In this document: positions 40,658 to 49,952 of the stretch, in pieces
Layout: each line of letters starts with the position of its first letter
Position numbering within the stretch: position 1 is the stretch's first letter
IMG/VR virus record: IMGVR_UViG_3300034684_000299
Span: 64,001 to 128,000 of that record
Reading direction: 5' to 3' (one strand)
DNA length: 64,000 nt
Origin: a virus
The notes under the pieces: model-generated
What the model saw: the letters and a program-made list of their open reading frames with translations, nothing else
The model's database searches: none
What the model was told of the DNA's origin: nothing
Program-made: the position numbers and the translations under genes

Positions 40658-41143
40658 ATGACTGCAAAGGAAGTTGCCAATCAATTACACAAGTCTATAT
40701 TAGTAGTTGATCAGCCTCTTGTTAAAAAATATCCTGATTTATCATCTTTTATTGATATTTTCTTTAATACAAAAATGAACAAATTTGGTAAGAGAAATCT
40801 TATTCAAAAAATCATCGTTCAAAATCTCGACAAAAATGATCCTTTCAAAATAGCTTATTTTGCCCTTCAATTCTATACAAGTACTACTGAAATTCCAATT
40901 TTCGAAATTGGTAAAGAAGAACCTGAAAATTCAGCAACAGATATCACAATCGAATACAAAATAATTGGGCCTATTTTCTACCAATATCCTTTTGACCAAT
41001 TTGCTCACCTATCTGTGTTAATTTCTCCTCCAAAAAACAAGCAACTATTTATTCTTAGTTTGTTTTCTAAAGAAAAAGAACTTTTCAAAATTGGAGGTAA
41101 TCCTGATGGCAAGGATAATTGTAAAAGATGGAATAGAATTTAA
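40658..41143 (+). CDS. Hypothetical protein (tandem paralog 1)
   Basis: Shares Y...GP.F..YPFD.F with the next ORF. Confidence 0.6.
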   Translation: MTAKEVANQLHKSILVVDQPLVKKYPDLSSFIDIFFNTKMNKFGKRNLIQKIIVQNLDKNDPFKIAYFALQFYTSTTEIPIFEIGKEEPENSATDITIEYKIIGPIFYQYPFDQFAHLSVLISPPKNKQLFILSLFSKEKELFKIGGNPDGKDNCKRWNRI

Positions 41144-41540
41144 AGATTTAAAGATAACAAGACATATTTTTTCTGAACATCGTATCTTTTTATCTTTATT
41201 TGGTGAAGTAGTATGGTATTTAGAAACACAATCTAAAGAATATGATTATCCGTTGTTATCAATAATTTTATATGAAAATATTCTTAGTAATCCTTTTGAT
41301 AATGATTATTATTTTATCATGTCTTTTGACATAAGTTCTAGTTTGCACGATTTTTCACTACTATATCAACTAAAAGGGCCTTTCTTTAAAAAGTATCCAT
41401 TTGACAAATTTCGAATTGCCACACCGTTTTTAGAAATGGCAACACAAGAAGAAAAAGAACTAAAAGAAGTTTTAACTTCTAAAAATCTAGAATTCTTGGG
41501 AGATGAGAATAATGGTTATATTTACAGCCATAACACATAA
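41106..41540 (+). CDS. Hypothetical protein (tandem paralog 2)
   Basis: YQLKGPFFKKYPFDKF; ATG 41106 after GGAGG. Confidence 0.6.
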   Translation: MARIIVKDGIEFKDLKITRHIFSEHRIFLSLFGEVVWYLETQSKEYDYPLLSIILYENILSNPFDNDYYFIMSFDISSSLHDFSLLYQLKGPFFKKYPFDKFRIATPFLEMATQEEKELKEVLTSKNLEFLGDENNGYIYSHNT

Positions 41541-41630
41541 TAGATATTAATTCTAAACATAAAAAGATTTACAACACTAGTTCCCATAACTCAATTGCCC
41601 TATGAATTTTAAACTTAGAAAAAATTTATT

Positions 41631-41646
41631 TTTTGGTATATATAAT
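41631..41646 (+). promoter_or_regulatory. Repeated TTTTGGTATATATAAT promoter motif
   Basis: Upstream of the transglycosylase gene. Confidence 0.65.
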
Positions 41647-41689
41647 TTAGATAGTTTATATCACTCAAAAATTATAAGGGGGTAACAAC

Positions 41690-42247
41690 GTGAAAAAAGT
41701 ATTTGTCATAATATTTTTTATTTTAGTTACTGCAATGTATTTTGCATCAGATTCAGATTTAGAAATCTTCCTTAAAAATTATATGGAAGATTTTTATAAT
41801 GTAGAACCAAAAATGGCTTCTACATTATCTGAAACCATTGTAAAAGAAGCTGGTAAATATGGGATAGATCCTTTGATTGTAGTTGCTGTTATACAACAGG
41901 AAAGTAGTTTCAGAAATGTTGTTGGTGATAACGGCGAAGCGATAGGATTTGCACAATTACATCAGGGAGCAGTGTTTTATGTTTGCTCATTTTTCCCTGA
42001 TGTTGCAGAAAAAGTTAGGAAGATAGGGGCACATAAAAACTTGTTGTATTATCCAGTTCTACAGATACAGATAGCGGTGAGATATCTGTTTTTATTACAG
42101 ATTAACTTTGATATAGATATTATCACAGCAATAGGGCGGTACAATGGGCAAACAAGTTATTACAATACATACACCACAAAAGTGTTGAACAATTATGCCT
42201 TCATTTTATCGACTTTCAACGAATATTTGTTGGTTCAAAAAAAATAA
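41690..42247 (+). CDS. Lytic transglycosylase (SLT domain) with N-terminal signal/anchor
   Basis: IDPLIVVAVIQQESSF catalytic Glu, GFAQL, AIGRYNG. Confidence 0.85.
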   Translation: MKKVFVIIFFILVTAMYFASDSDLEIFLKNYMEDFYNVEPKMASTLSETIVKEAGKYGIDPLIVVAVIQQESSFRNVVGDNGEAIGFAQLHQGAVFYVCSFFPDVAEKVRKIGAHKNLLYYPVLQIQIAVRYLFLLQINFDIDIITAIGRYNGQTSYYNTYTTKVLNNYAFILSTFNEYLLVQKK

Positions 42248-42266
42248 AAAGGAGGTGTTTAAAGTT

Positions 42267-42424
42267 ATGCCATTACCTAAACCGAAAGAAGGTGAAAAAA
42301 AGAACGATTTTATCAGCCGTTTCATGAACAATGAGAATGCAAAAAAGAATTTGAAAGCAATAGTCAAAGGTTAGCTGTTGCTTATTCCATATGGGATAGA
42401 GAAACAAAAAAGAACAAAAAATAA
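42267..42424 (+). pseudogene. Small phage protein split by a -1 frameshift
   Basis: Frame 0 MPLPKPKEGEKKNDFISRFM stops at 42374; the -1 frame continues KEFESNSQRLAVAYSIW. Confidence 0.6.
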
Positions 42425-42439
42425 AAGGAGGAGAATATT

Positions 42440-42877
42440 ATGAAAAAGGTTTTAGTGGTAGTTTTATTAGTTGTATTGGGTAGTTTAAGTTTATTTGCTT
42501 CTAAAGCTATGAGAGAAGAACTATTATACTACTGGGATATGAAAAACATTGAAACTCGTGTGAATTCTGGACATGGTGTAATGGTCACACCTTCAGGAAA
42601 CATTATAGTAGCATTGCCGGACAATTCTGAATCGGTAGTATTTGCTTTTAACCTCTATTCAGAAACAGAAGATTTTGAGTATTTTTTGAAAGATAGAACA
42701 ATGTTACCATATAATTCAGAATTTAGATTAGACTTTCTGAAAAAATTATCTGATTTTATGGATTATCAAATTGATCATGGTTACTTTCCTGGTGGAAAAT
42801 ATGTATGGTTGGATACATATTACGTATTAATGCAGGTAACCATGGATACTAAATATATTTATGTTCAACTATACTAA
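42440..42877 (+). CDS. Secreted hypothetical protein
   Basis: Signal peptide MKKVLVVVLLVVLGSLSLFA. Confidence 0.65.
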   Translation: MKKVLVVVLLVVLGSLSLFASKAMREELLYYWDMKNIETRVNSGHGVMVTPSGNIIVALPDNSESVVFAFNLYSETEDFEYFLKDRTMLPYNSEFRLDFLKKLSDFMDYQIDHGYFPGGKYVWLDTYYVLMQVTMDTKYIYVQLY

Positions 42878-42900
42878 AAAAGGGGGGTTCCCCTTTTTTT
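42878..42900. terminator. Bidirectional intrinsic terminator
   Basis: A-run, G/C hairpin, T-run. Confidence 0.55.
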
Positions 42901-43051
42901 TACAAAGATTTCGTGAAGAAAGCCCTTGCCTTTAGGCTTGGGATGAATTCACGTTTTATTTAATTTAAATTTAATATTTTATTAATTTTAATAATATAAT
43001 TATATATTATAATAATCATATTATAATTATTATATAATAGGAGTTGATATA

Positions 43052-43468
43052 GTGGAAATAATAGGTAAAGATGGAAATTATTTAACAAATAATACTACAG
43101 TTCATAAATGCATTTATCATATAATATGGACTACTAAATATCGAAGACCAGTATTAACTAATGAAATGCAAGAATATTTAAAAAATTTATTATTAAAATA
43201 TTCAAATGAAAATGAAAAATTTAATATTATTGAATTAGAAATTATGCCAGATCATGTTCATTGTTTAATACAAATAGATCCAGATTTTCCAATTTCATCT
43301 ACTTTAAATATTTTAAAAGGAAAAAGTTCTCATGATATGATTGAACATTTTCCTGAACTTAAAAAGAGACTTCCAACATTATGGACTAGATCTAAATTTA
43401 TTGCAAGTGTTGGGTCTGTATCATTAAAAACTGTTAAAGAATATCTTGAAAATCAGAAAAATAAGTGA
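43052..43468 (+). CDS. tnpA: Y1 HUH transposase
   Basis: YHIIWTTKYRR, DHVH HUH motif, C-terminal Y in EYLENQK. Confidence 0.9.
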   Translation: MEIIGKDGNYLTNNTTVHKCIYHIIWTTKYRRPVLTNEMQEYLKNLLLKYSNENEKFNIIELEIMPDHVHCLIQIDPDFPISSTLNILKGKSSHDMIEHFPELKKRLPTLWTRSKFIASVGSVSLKTVKEYLENQKNK

Positions 43469-43479
43469 GATGATTTATA

Positions 43480-44640
43480 ATGTTAAAAACTTATAAATTT
43501 AGATTATACCCAAACGAAGATCAAAAAGTTTTAATTGAAAAACATATTGGTGCTTATAGATTTATATATAATTTTTTCTTAGAATATTCTACTAAAGCTT
43601 ATAAAAACACCAAAACCTCTACCAATGTATATAATTGGATGAAAGAATTAACTAAATTAAAAAAGACTAAAAAATATTCTTGGTTAAATGAAATAAATAG
43701 TCAAAGCCTTCAAGATAGTTTGTTTAATTTGGATAGAGCTTATCAAAGATTTTATAAAAAACAAACTGGTTATCCTAAATTTAAAAAGAAAAATAAAGTT
43801 AAATGGTCTTTTAGTGTTCCCCAATATATTAAATTAGAATATTCTACTAATAATATTAAATTTGGATATTTGTTTATACCTAAATTTAAAAAAGATCCTA
43901 TTAAAGTTCGTATTCATAGAATATTACCAAATGAATATAAAATTAAAACTGCAACCATTGTTAAAACTAAAAGTAATAAATATTATGTTTCATTAGTTAT
44001 AGAATACCAACCGCAAGAAAAAAATATTTCTTTTGTAAAAGTAATACCAGATGGAATTGGTATTGATGTTGGTATAAAAGATACTATTGTTTTAAGTAAT
44101 GGTGAAAAATATAATTATCCTATTAATTCTAAAAAATATGATAAAAAACTTAAACATCTTCATAAATCATTATCACGAAAATATAAATCTGATCAACCAA
44201 GATCAAAAAATTTTGAAAAAGATCGTATAAAACTTGCTAAAACTTATGAAAAAATTAATAATATAAAAGAAAACTGGATTCATCAAATTACCAAGAAATT
44301 AGTTGCTGAGAACCAAGGTAGCTATTTTTTCTTGGAAGATTTGAATATCCGAGGTATGTTTAAAAATCATAAATTAGCAAAAGAAATACAATTTCAATCT
44401 TGGTATAAATTTAAAGAAGTATTAACATATAAATCCATTTGGAATGGCAAACAAGTTATCTCTATCAATAGATATGAACCAAGTACTAAAACATGTTCTA
44501 AATGTGGTTATATAAATAATAATTTAACTTTAGATGATAGAAGTTGGACATGTCCAAATTGTAATTCATATCATGATAGAGATATCAATGCAGCCATAAA
44601 TATTAAAAATTTTGGTATCAACCAGCTGGTAGCTGGATAA
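43480..44640 (+). CDS. tnpB: TnpB RNA-guided endonuclease
   Basis: N-terminal HTH, RuvC GIDVG / LEDL / DRDINAA all intact, CSKC..CPNC Zn finger. Confidence 0.92.
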   Translation: MLKTYKFRLYPNEDQKVLIEKHIGAYRFIYNFFLEYSTKAYKNTKTSTNVYNWMKELTKLKKTKKYSWLNEINSQSLQDSLFNLDRAYQRFYKKQTGYPKFKKKNKVKWSFSVPQYIKLEYSTNNIKFGYLFIPKFKKDPIKVRIHRILPNEYKIKTATIVKTKSNKYYVSLVIEYQPQEKNISFVKVIPDGIGIDVGIKDTIVLSNGEKYNYPINSKKYDKKLKHLHKSLSRKYKSDQPRSKNFEKDRIKLAKTYEKINNIKENWIHQITKKLVAENQGSYFFLEDLNIRGMFKNHKLAKEIQFQSWYKFKEVLTYKSIWNGKQVISINRYEPSTKTCSKCGYINNNLTLDDRSWTCPNCNSYHDRDINAAINIKNFGINQLVAG

Positions 44641-44776
44641 ACTACCCTACCGTAGGAACTACGGGAAGTTAAGCCTTTGGAGACTGTGTAAGACTTGCTA
44701 TCATAGAAGCAACGGTCTATGAATTAGGAAGCCAAGCCCTTTAGGGTTTGTGTAGTTCACCCTATCAATGAAAACA
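44620..44776 (+). ncRNA. reRNA of resident TnpB
   Basis: Right-end structured region plus about 16 nt of flank (CCTATCAATGAAAACA); boundaries estimated. Confidence 0.65.
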
Positions 44777-45136
44777 AGGAGTGATAAAATGAGCAACATT
44801 ATTGTACATTTTAAAAACATTTCCGAATGCCCAAATATCATTAGATTTCCTAAGAAATGTGACGGTATTGAAAATCAATTCACTTACATAAGAAATTCAA
44901 AAGATTATATAGAATTTATCTCAAACAATCCCTTTGAAAAAAAAGTGAATATTTTAGACAACAAAAAAGCTGTTATGCTAGAAATTCACCATAAAAATCC
45001 TAATACAATTGAATATACTTTTTTTATAGGTAATGAACCAGATAAACAGTGGATAAATAAATATATTACTTGGATTAAATCAGATATCAATTCTGAAATT
45101 ATTTTCGATAATTCAATGAATTTATTTGATATATAA
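44768..45136 (+). CDS. Hypothetical protein
   Basis: 122-aa ORF; AAGGAG SD suggests the start may be about 7 codons in. Confidence 0.55.
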   Translation: MKTRSDKMSNIIVHFKNISECPNIIRFPKKCDGIENQFTYIRNSKDYIEFISNNPFEKKVNILDNKKAVMLEIHHKNPNTIEYTFFIGNEPDKQWINKYITWIKSDINSEIIFDNSMNLFDI

Positions 45137-45198
45137 GGAATTATTTCGCCATATTGAAAAAACCCCCACATCTTTTGATGTGGGGTCAGGGGGCGAGG

Positions 45199-45474
45199 CT
45201 ATCTGTTCAGTTCATCTTTTAGCTTGTCACTAGGACGGAATCTTGGTTTCATTTTAGCGGGAATTTCGATATATTCTTTTGTTTGAGGATTTACACCTCT
45301 TCTACTGTTCATATGAATCGCATCAAATGCACCAAATTCTCTCAAAACGACTTTATCTCCATCTCTCATAGCTTCTTTAACCGTATCTATAAAAGCGTCT
45401 AAAAACTTTTTAGACATCTTCTGAGTAGTATTAGTTTTAGAAGCTATCTTCTCAATGGTTTCTTTAGTATTCAT
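45199..45474 (-). CDS. hup: HU/IHF family DNA-binding protein
   Basis: MNTKETIEKIA..., FGAF, RRGVNPQTKEYIEIPA, PRFRPSDKLK. Confidence 0.92.
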   Translation of the reverse strand: MNTKETIEKIASKTNTTQKMSKKFLDAFIDTVKEAMRDGDKVVLREFGAFDAIHMNSRRGVNPQTKEYIEIPAKMKPRFRPSDKLKDELNR

Positions 45475-45709
45475 TGTTTCCCCTCCTTTTCAAAAAATCT
45501 CTTTCAATCAACGTTAATTAATTATACCATGTAAAAAAACAATTGTCAACTAATTTCTTCAATTTTTATGGGGAAAATACAAATTTATTTGGTTAAACCA
45601 CCGCCAAAATTGCAGTGTGCTATAATTAGATTGAAATCTATAATTCAAGGGGGTTTTAAGCATTTTCACTAAAGTATTTGATTACGAATTTGACAAAACA
45701 ACGGATATA

Positions 45710-46468
45710 TTGCTTATTGGAGATGTTCATTATGGAGTAGCTGGTAGCTTGTTGCCAGAATTGGATAATTACCTAACCAAAAAAGACAAAGAGAGTAAAA
45801 TACTTATACTAGGAGATATGGTTGACAATGCATTAGTTGCATCTGTAGGAGACGTATATGAGCAAGTTAAAAACCCTAATAAATCATTCGAACAAATAGA
45901 AAGTTTCTTAAAAAAATACAAAGATAGAATATTAGTTGTTATTTCAGGTAACCATGAGCATAGAACAAGAAGAGTCGCAGGAATAGACATATTAGAAATG
46001 ATTATGAGAAATTTAGAAATTCCTTATACTCCAAACAGTGCAATAGTAGATGTGAGTGTAAAAACAAATCATGGTTATGGTTCAAGACACAGATACAATT
46101 ATGTATTTGCTTTGCATCATGGTGTAGCTGGTGGAAGATACCCAGAAAAATCAACTCGTCAAGGAAGATGGTTCCAAGATAAACTTGTTGGAGTAGACGC
46201 TTATATAATGGGACATACTCATTCAGGTAATGTTACTCCATTAGCTCAAGAAATATATGATAGAAGAAATAAAAGCGTTTATAAAAGAACTCTATACTAT
46301 ATAACTATCAGTTCCTTTGTTGAAGATGAATATGCCGAAAGAAAATTACTACGTCCACCCGCATACAATTTATTCAAGATAAGATGTTATGGAGACGATA
46401 GAAGAAAACTTGAAGTATCTACGGAAGAGTTTATAGTCAATCTACCTGAAAAAGAGATTGAAAAGTAG
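45710..46468 (+). CDS. Calcineurin-like metallophosphoesterase
   Basis: GDVH, GDMVD, GNHE, HHG, GHTH motifs; start may lie upstream. Confidence 0.85.
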   Translation: MLIGDVHYGVAGSLLPELDNYLTKKDKESKILILGDMVDNALVASVGDVYEQVKNPNKSFEQIESFLKKYKDRILVVISGNHEHRTRRVAGIDILEMIMRNLEIPYTPNSAIVDVSVKTNHGYGSRHRYNYVFALHHGVAGGRYPEKSTRQGRWFQDKLVGVDAYIMGHTHSGNVTPLAQEIYDRRNKSVYKRTLYYITISSFVEDEYAERKLLRPPAYNLFKIRCYGDDRRKLEVSTEEFIVNLPEKEIEK

Positions 46469-46572
46469 AAAAAGCTGTAACAAAAAAATAACAATAAAAA
46501 ATGTATAAATTGATATAATAGAAGAGAAAATTCTCTTTATATCAAACAATTATCGAGAAAGGAGTTGAACAC

Positions 46573-48333
46573 ATGATAAAAAACAAAAAAAATGATAAAG
46601 ATGTTGCTGTGCAGAACTCAGATTCTAAGAAGAAAAAGAAAGATAGTAAAAAGACCGAACCTAAAGCACCACCATTAGATCCATCCCAAAGAGAATTAAA
46701 CAAAATTTTTTTCCAATTACTTGAATATTCGAGAAACGACATTTTTATTGATGGTAATACCTTTTTTATTGACGGTTCTACAGACAAGCATGATCAACAA
46801 TCTATTCAAACAAAAAGGGACATTTATGTTGATTTAGACCCTCTTGATGAACATGCTAGTTATGACCAACCTGAAGTTATTGAAAAAATTGTTGCAATAG
46901 CCTCAGAAACCAATGCGTTTGGAGCTGTGTTCACAGGCAGAGGTTATCATATACATTATCTCCTGAACAAAAATATTCCTATTTTTTATATAAAAGATAT
47001 TTATATTCATATGGCTATGTATTTTCAAAATATAATAAAAGAAAAGATCAAAGAGTATGAATTAAATAAAATATTCAAAGTTGACCCTGCTTCTAAAAGC
47101 TATACTCAATTAAGCAGGACCCCTGGAAGTATAAATCCCAAAAATGGTAAACTCGTAAGATGGGTATATCAAAATGTAGATAGTTTTATAGACTATGAAA
47201 AATTATTAAACGTGCTCATACTTACAAAAGATGATATAAAAGAGCCAATATTGGACAGCGTAATAGCAGAATTTCCAGAATTTAACAATGCTCATATTGA
47301 TTCTATTGAAGATTTTTTCAGTACAGAATGGATGGAAAAGATTGTCAATCATATATCTTTAAAAGTTTATGGTGAAGAACAAAACGTAAGGAAAGGATTC
47401 AATTGTGTTTTACATGAAGAGAAACATCCTTCCGCATATATAATGAAAAGAAACGAAAAAGCTTCTTACAGTGATTTTCATTTAGAATCCAGACAGGACC
47501 CTATTATTCCAAATATCCTTGGAATGTATAAGAATATATTTGAAGTAATGTTATCTTATGTCCTCGGTAAGAACGTATTAATGACAAAAAAAGCAACAAA
47601 TGAATTTATTCGTGTATTGATAGACAAAGCTAACATCTATAATCATACATTTGAATCAGAAAAAGCAAAAGTTATGGATGATATTGATAATTTAATGGCT
47701 GAACTTAATATGAAAGGATTAAAAAATATAAAACTCTATCGATCACTAATGGTTATTCGAGATACAATAATTTATAAACTAAATTATGGACAAGATAAGT
47801 TTATTATGACACAGAAATGGCTTGCAGAACTAAGCAGAACTTCTCCAGCTGATGCCAGTAAAATTCTTTCTTTGCTCACAGCTTCAGGACTCTTAAAGAG
47901 AACAAGTATTTATTTAATGAATGCTAAAAATGAAACTAATGATAGATATCGATTCACAGAAATATCTTATGATACCTATTTAGAAGAGTATCAAGGGAAA
48001 TACAGCACTTATGCATATCAATATAATTTCAATGCCGATATCCATAAGATCGCTGATGATATTTACAATTTCTTCAAAAAATTTAGTTTTAAAGATATTA
48101 AATACAAAGTCTTAATCGCATTCTTCCCAATAAGAAACCTATTGATAATTCCTTCAAACAAAAGGAAAAAAGGTAATACTCCTTCTAAACCGCAAAAACA
48201 TCCTGATAGAAATCGCCAAGAGAATTTGACAGAAAGTCTTTTTCATCATATGCTAAAAGAACTTCCTAAATTGCTACATCCTTCTGTCTTTTTCTCAAGT
48301 CCACCAGAACTGGAGTTTGTCAAGCAAACTTAG
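46573..48333 (+). CDS. AEP-superfamily primase/replication protein
   Basis: Motif I VDLD, motif II FTGRGYHIH, motif III RTPGSINPK, then C..H.E..PS Zn-binding-like site. Confidence 0.7.
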   Translation: MIKNKKNDKDVAVQNSDSKKKKKDSKKTEPKAPPLDPSQRELNKIFFQLLEYSRNDIFIDGNTFFIDGSTDKHDQQSIQTKRDIYVDLDPLDEHASYDQPEVIEKIVAIASETNAFGAVFTGRGYHIHYLLNKNIPIFYIKDIYIHMAMYFQNIIKEKIKEYELNKIFKVDPASKSYTQLSRTPGSINPKNGKLVRWVYQNVDSFIDYEKLLNVLILTKDDIKEPILDSVIAEFPEFNNAHIDSIEDFFSTEWMEKIVNHISLKVYGEEQNVRKGFNCVLHEEKHPSAYIMKRNEKASYSDFHLESRQDPIIPNILGMYKNIFEVMLSYVLGKNVLMTKKATNEFIRVLIDKANIYNHTFESEKAKVMDDIDNLMAELNMKGLKNIKLYRSLMVIRDTIIYKLNYGQDKFIMTQKWLAELSRTSPADASKILSLLTASGLLKRTSIYLMNAKNETNDRYRFTEISYDTYLEEYQGKYSTYAYQYNFNADIHKIADDIYNFFKKFSFKDIKYKVLIAFFPIRNLLIIPSNKRKKGNTPSKPQKHPDRNRQENLTESLFHHMLKELPKLLHPSVFFSSPPELEFVKQT

Positions 48334-48906
48334 TTTGACTCCAATCAATGTGTGAAAGTAAAAAAGTTCGTCAGTTGAATGCATTCAAATATGCATTAAT
48401 TCTTCATTCCAAGTTTTTGAGTTTTCCAAATTCGCCAGCCATTCTTTTCTCATTCTTTCCAGTGTGTAATGTTATTTGTTAACTAAAGTTTTATATTTCA
48501 CTTGTAACTCTTAAAGTATAATCCTGGTTTGTTAATCTTATTCTTCTTTAGTTAATATATCTTAGATTCTTCTTATAACCATACATTACTAAGAGAAGCA
48601 TTTAGATTCTTCTTAGTACTATATGGTTTTACTGAAAAAAACAAAAACTGGATTTTTTTTTAAAGGCCAACTTTCTTTTTTTTGGTAATTGAGTTAGGCA
48701 AATCTACCAACTTTACAAACAGTTATTAACTAGAAGAAATCCATGACTATGCAAAAAAAGAAAGAAAGAATTGTGAGTGAACAGAGTAAGCGTTAGAAGA
48801 AAACTAGAAACTCACAATTCTTTGAAGTGAACACATTATTTTTCATTATTTCAAACTAATAAAAAAGCTGTGAGAACAAAATCCCACAGCTGATATTGAA
48901 AACAAT
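48334..48906. other. Large intergenic region, possible replication origin
   Basis: About 570 bp with no ORF between convergent genes; 13-bp direct repeat TAGATTCTTCTTA; 14-bp perfect inverted repeat AAAGAATTGTGAGT/ACTCACAATTCTTT. Confidence 0.35.
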
Positions 48907-49941
48907 TCACTTTTTCTTATTCTTGTTTTTAAACTTTTTTTCTAGCTCTTCATCAGGATCAGGGTCAAGCTCGTTGTATGGAACGCGGGGCATATCGTCC
49001 TGATAACGATCAAGCCAATTTGTTATTTTCATTAATGCTTTAATGAACTCAATGAATTTTGGAGTAAACAACACCATAGTGTGATTAAATTCGTATTCTA
49101 ATTTAAACGGTTTTATTGTGAACTTATCAGAAGCTTTTCTATTATCCATTGAGAAAGTAAAAGTTCCATCTGGTTTAACTACGACTTCTAAGTGGTCTTT
49201 GTAGGTTGATTTATATCTAGCAAATGACACTTCCTTTCTCCAACCAACATATCTTTCAGTGCAGTACAAAGAATGATCAGATAAAACAGTATCGATATAA
49301 TTGAAAACTTCTGCTAATGTTGTATGAATACCATCAGCATCTCCGTCGATGAATGCAAATGGTTCTAAAAATGAAAGGAAATATCCTGCTTCTAACTTAA
49401 CGTCATTTTCTTCATTTTCAAGCGTATTTTCATAAAACTCGTTTACTGCTGGGTGATTAAATTCAAAAGATTGTGGAATCATTTCTTCTAGATTCGAATC
49501 AGGTGCAAAAGCGGTTTCAAGAGCTGAAGGTTCTATATTAAAATCTTCTTTTGAAAGATCTTCAACTGGAATCTTCTTGGCATTTTGTAAAATAACATAT
49601 TTTTCCCCATTGAGATCTTCTTCTTGTTTTAAATAATCGTCTATTTTAACAAATTTTGATAGAACAAATCTGAACCCAGACAAAGGTTGATCTTTAAGAA
49701 CATAAACTTTTATGGGGCCTTGGTTAGTATTTAATTCTAATGCATCGTTGATATATATCTTCTCGTCTTTATCTGTTTTGATATGAATGTATTTTTGAAA
49801 ATCAATATCGTCTAAATTTAGTTCTATAGGTACATTGTCTTCACTAGCAACTACTACTTTGTTGCTTAACTTATCCACCTTATAAATATTCTCGTAGGTT
49901 TTCTTCCAGACTTTGTCGTAAACTCTGTAATCTTCAAGCAT
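48907..49941 (-). CDS. Acidic protein with YopX-like N-terminus
   Basis: YRVYDK...FQKYIHIKTDKDEKIYIND resembles the YopX pattern; ATG 49941 after AGGAGG. Confidence 0.5.
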   Translation of the reverse strand: MLEDYRVYDKVWKKTYENIYKVDKLSNKVVVASEDNVPIELNLDDIDFQKYIHIKTDKDEKIYINDALELNTNQGPIKVYVLKDQPLSGFRFVLSKFVKIDDYLKQEEDLNGEKYVILQNAKKIPVEDLSKEDFNIEPSALETAFAPDSNLEEMIPQSFEFNHPAVNEFYENTLENEENDVKLEAGYFLSFLEPFAFIDGDADGIHTTLAEVFNYIDTVLSDHSLYCTERYVGWRKEVSFARYKSTYKDHLEVVVKPDGTFTFSMDNRKASDKFTIKPFKLEYEFNHTMVLFTPKFIEFIKALMKITNWLDRYQDDMPRVPYNELDPDPDEELEKKFKNKNKKK

Positions 49942-49952
49942 GTGGTCCCCTC

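Larger units (their letters stand above)
42904..44760 (+). mobile_element. IS200/IS605-family element (tnpA + tnpB)
   Basis: 5' flank TTAC, left hairpin preceded by AAAG, right hairpin preceded by GAAG and ending TCAC, consistent with IS608-type guide/cleavage-site pairing. Confidence 0.9.
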
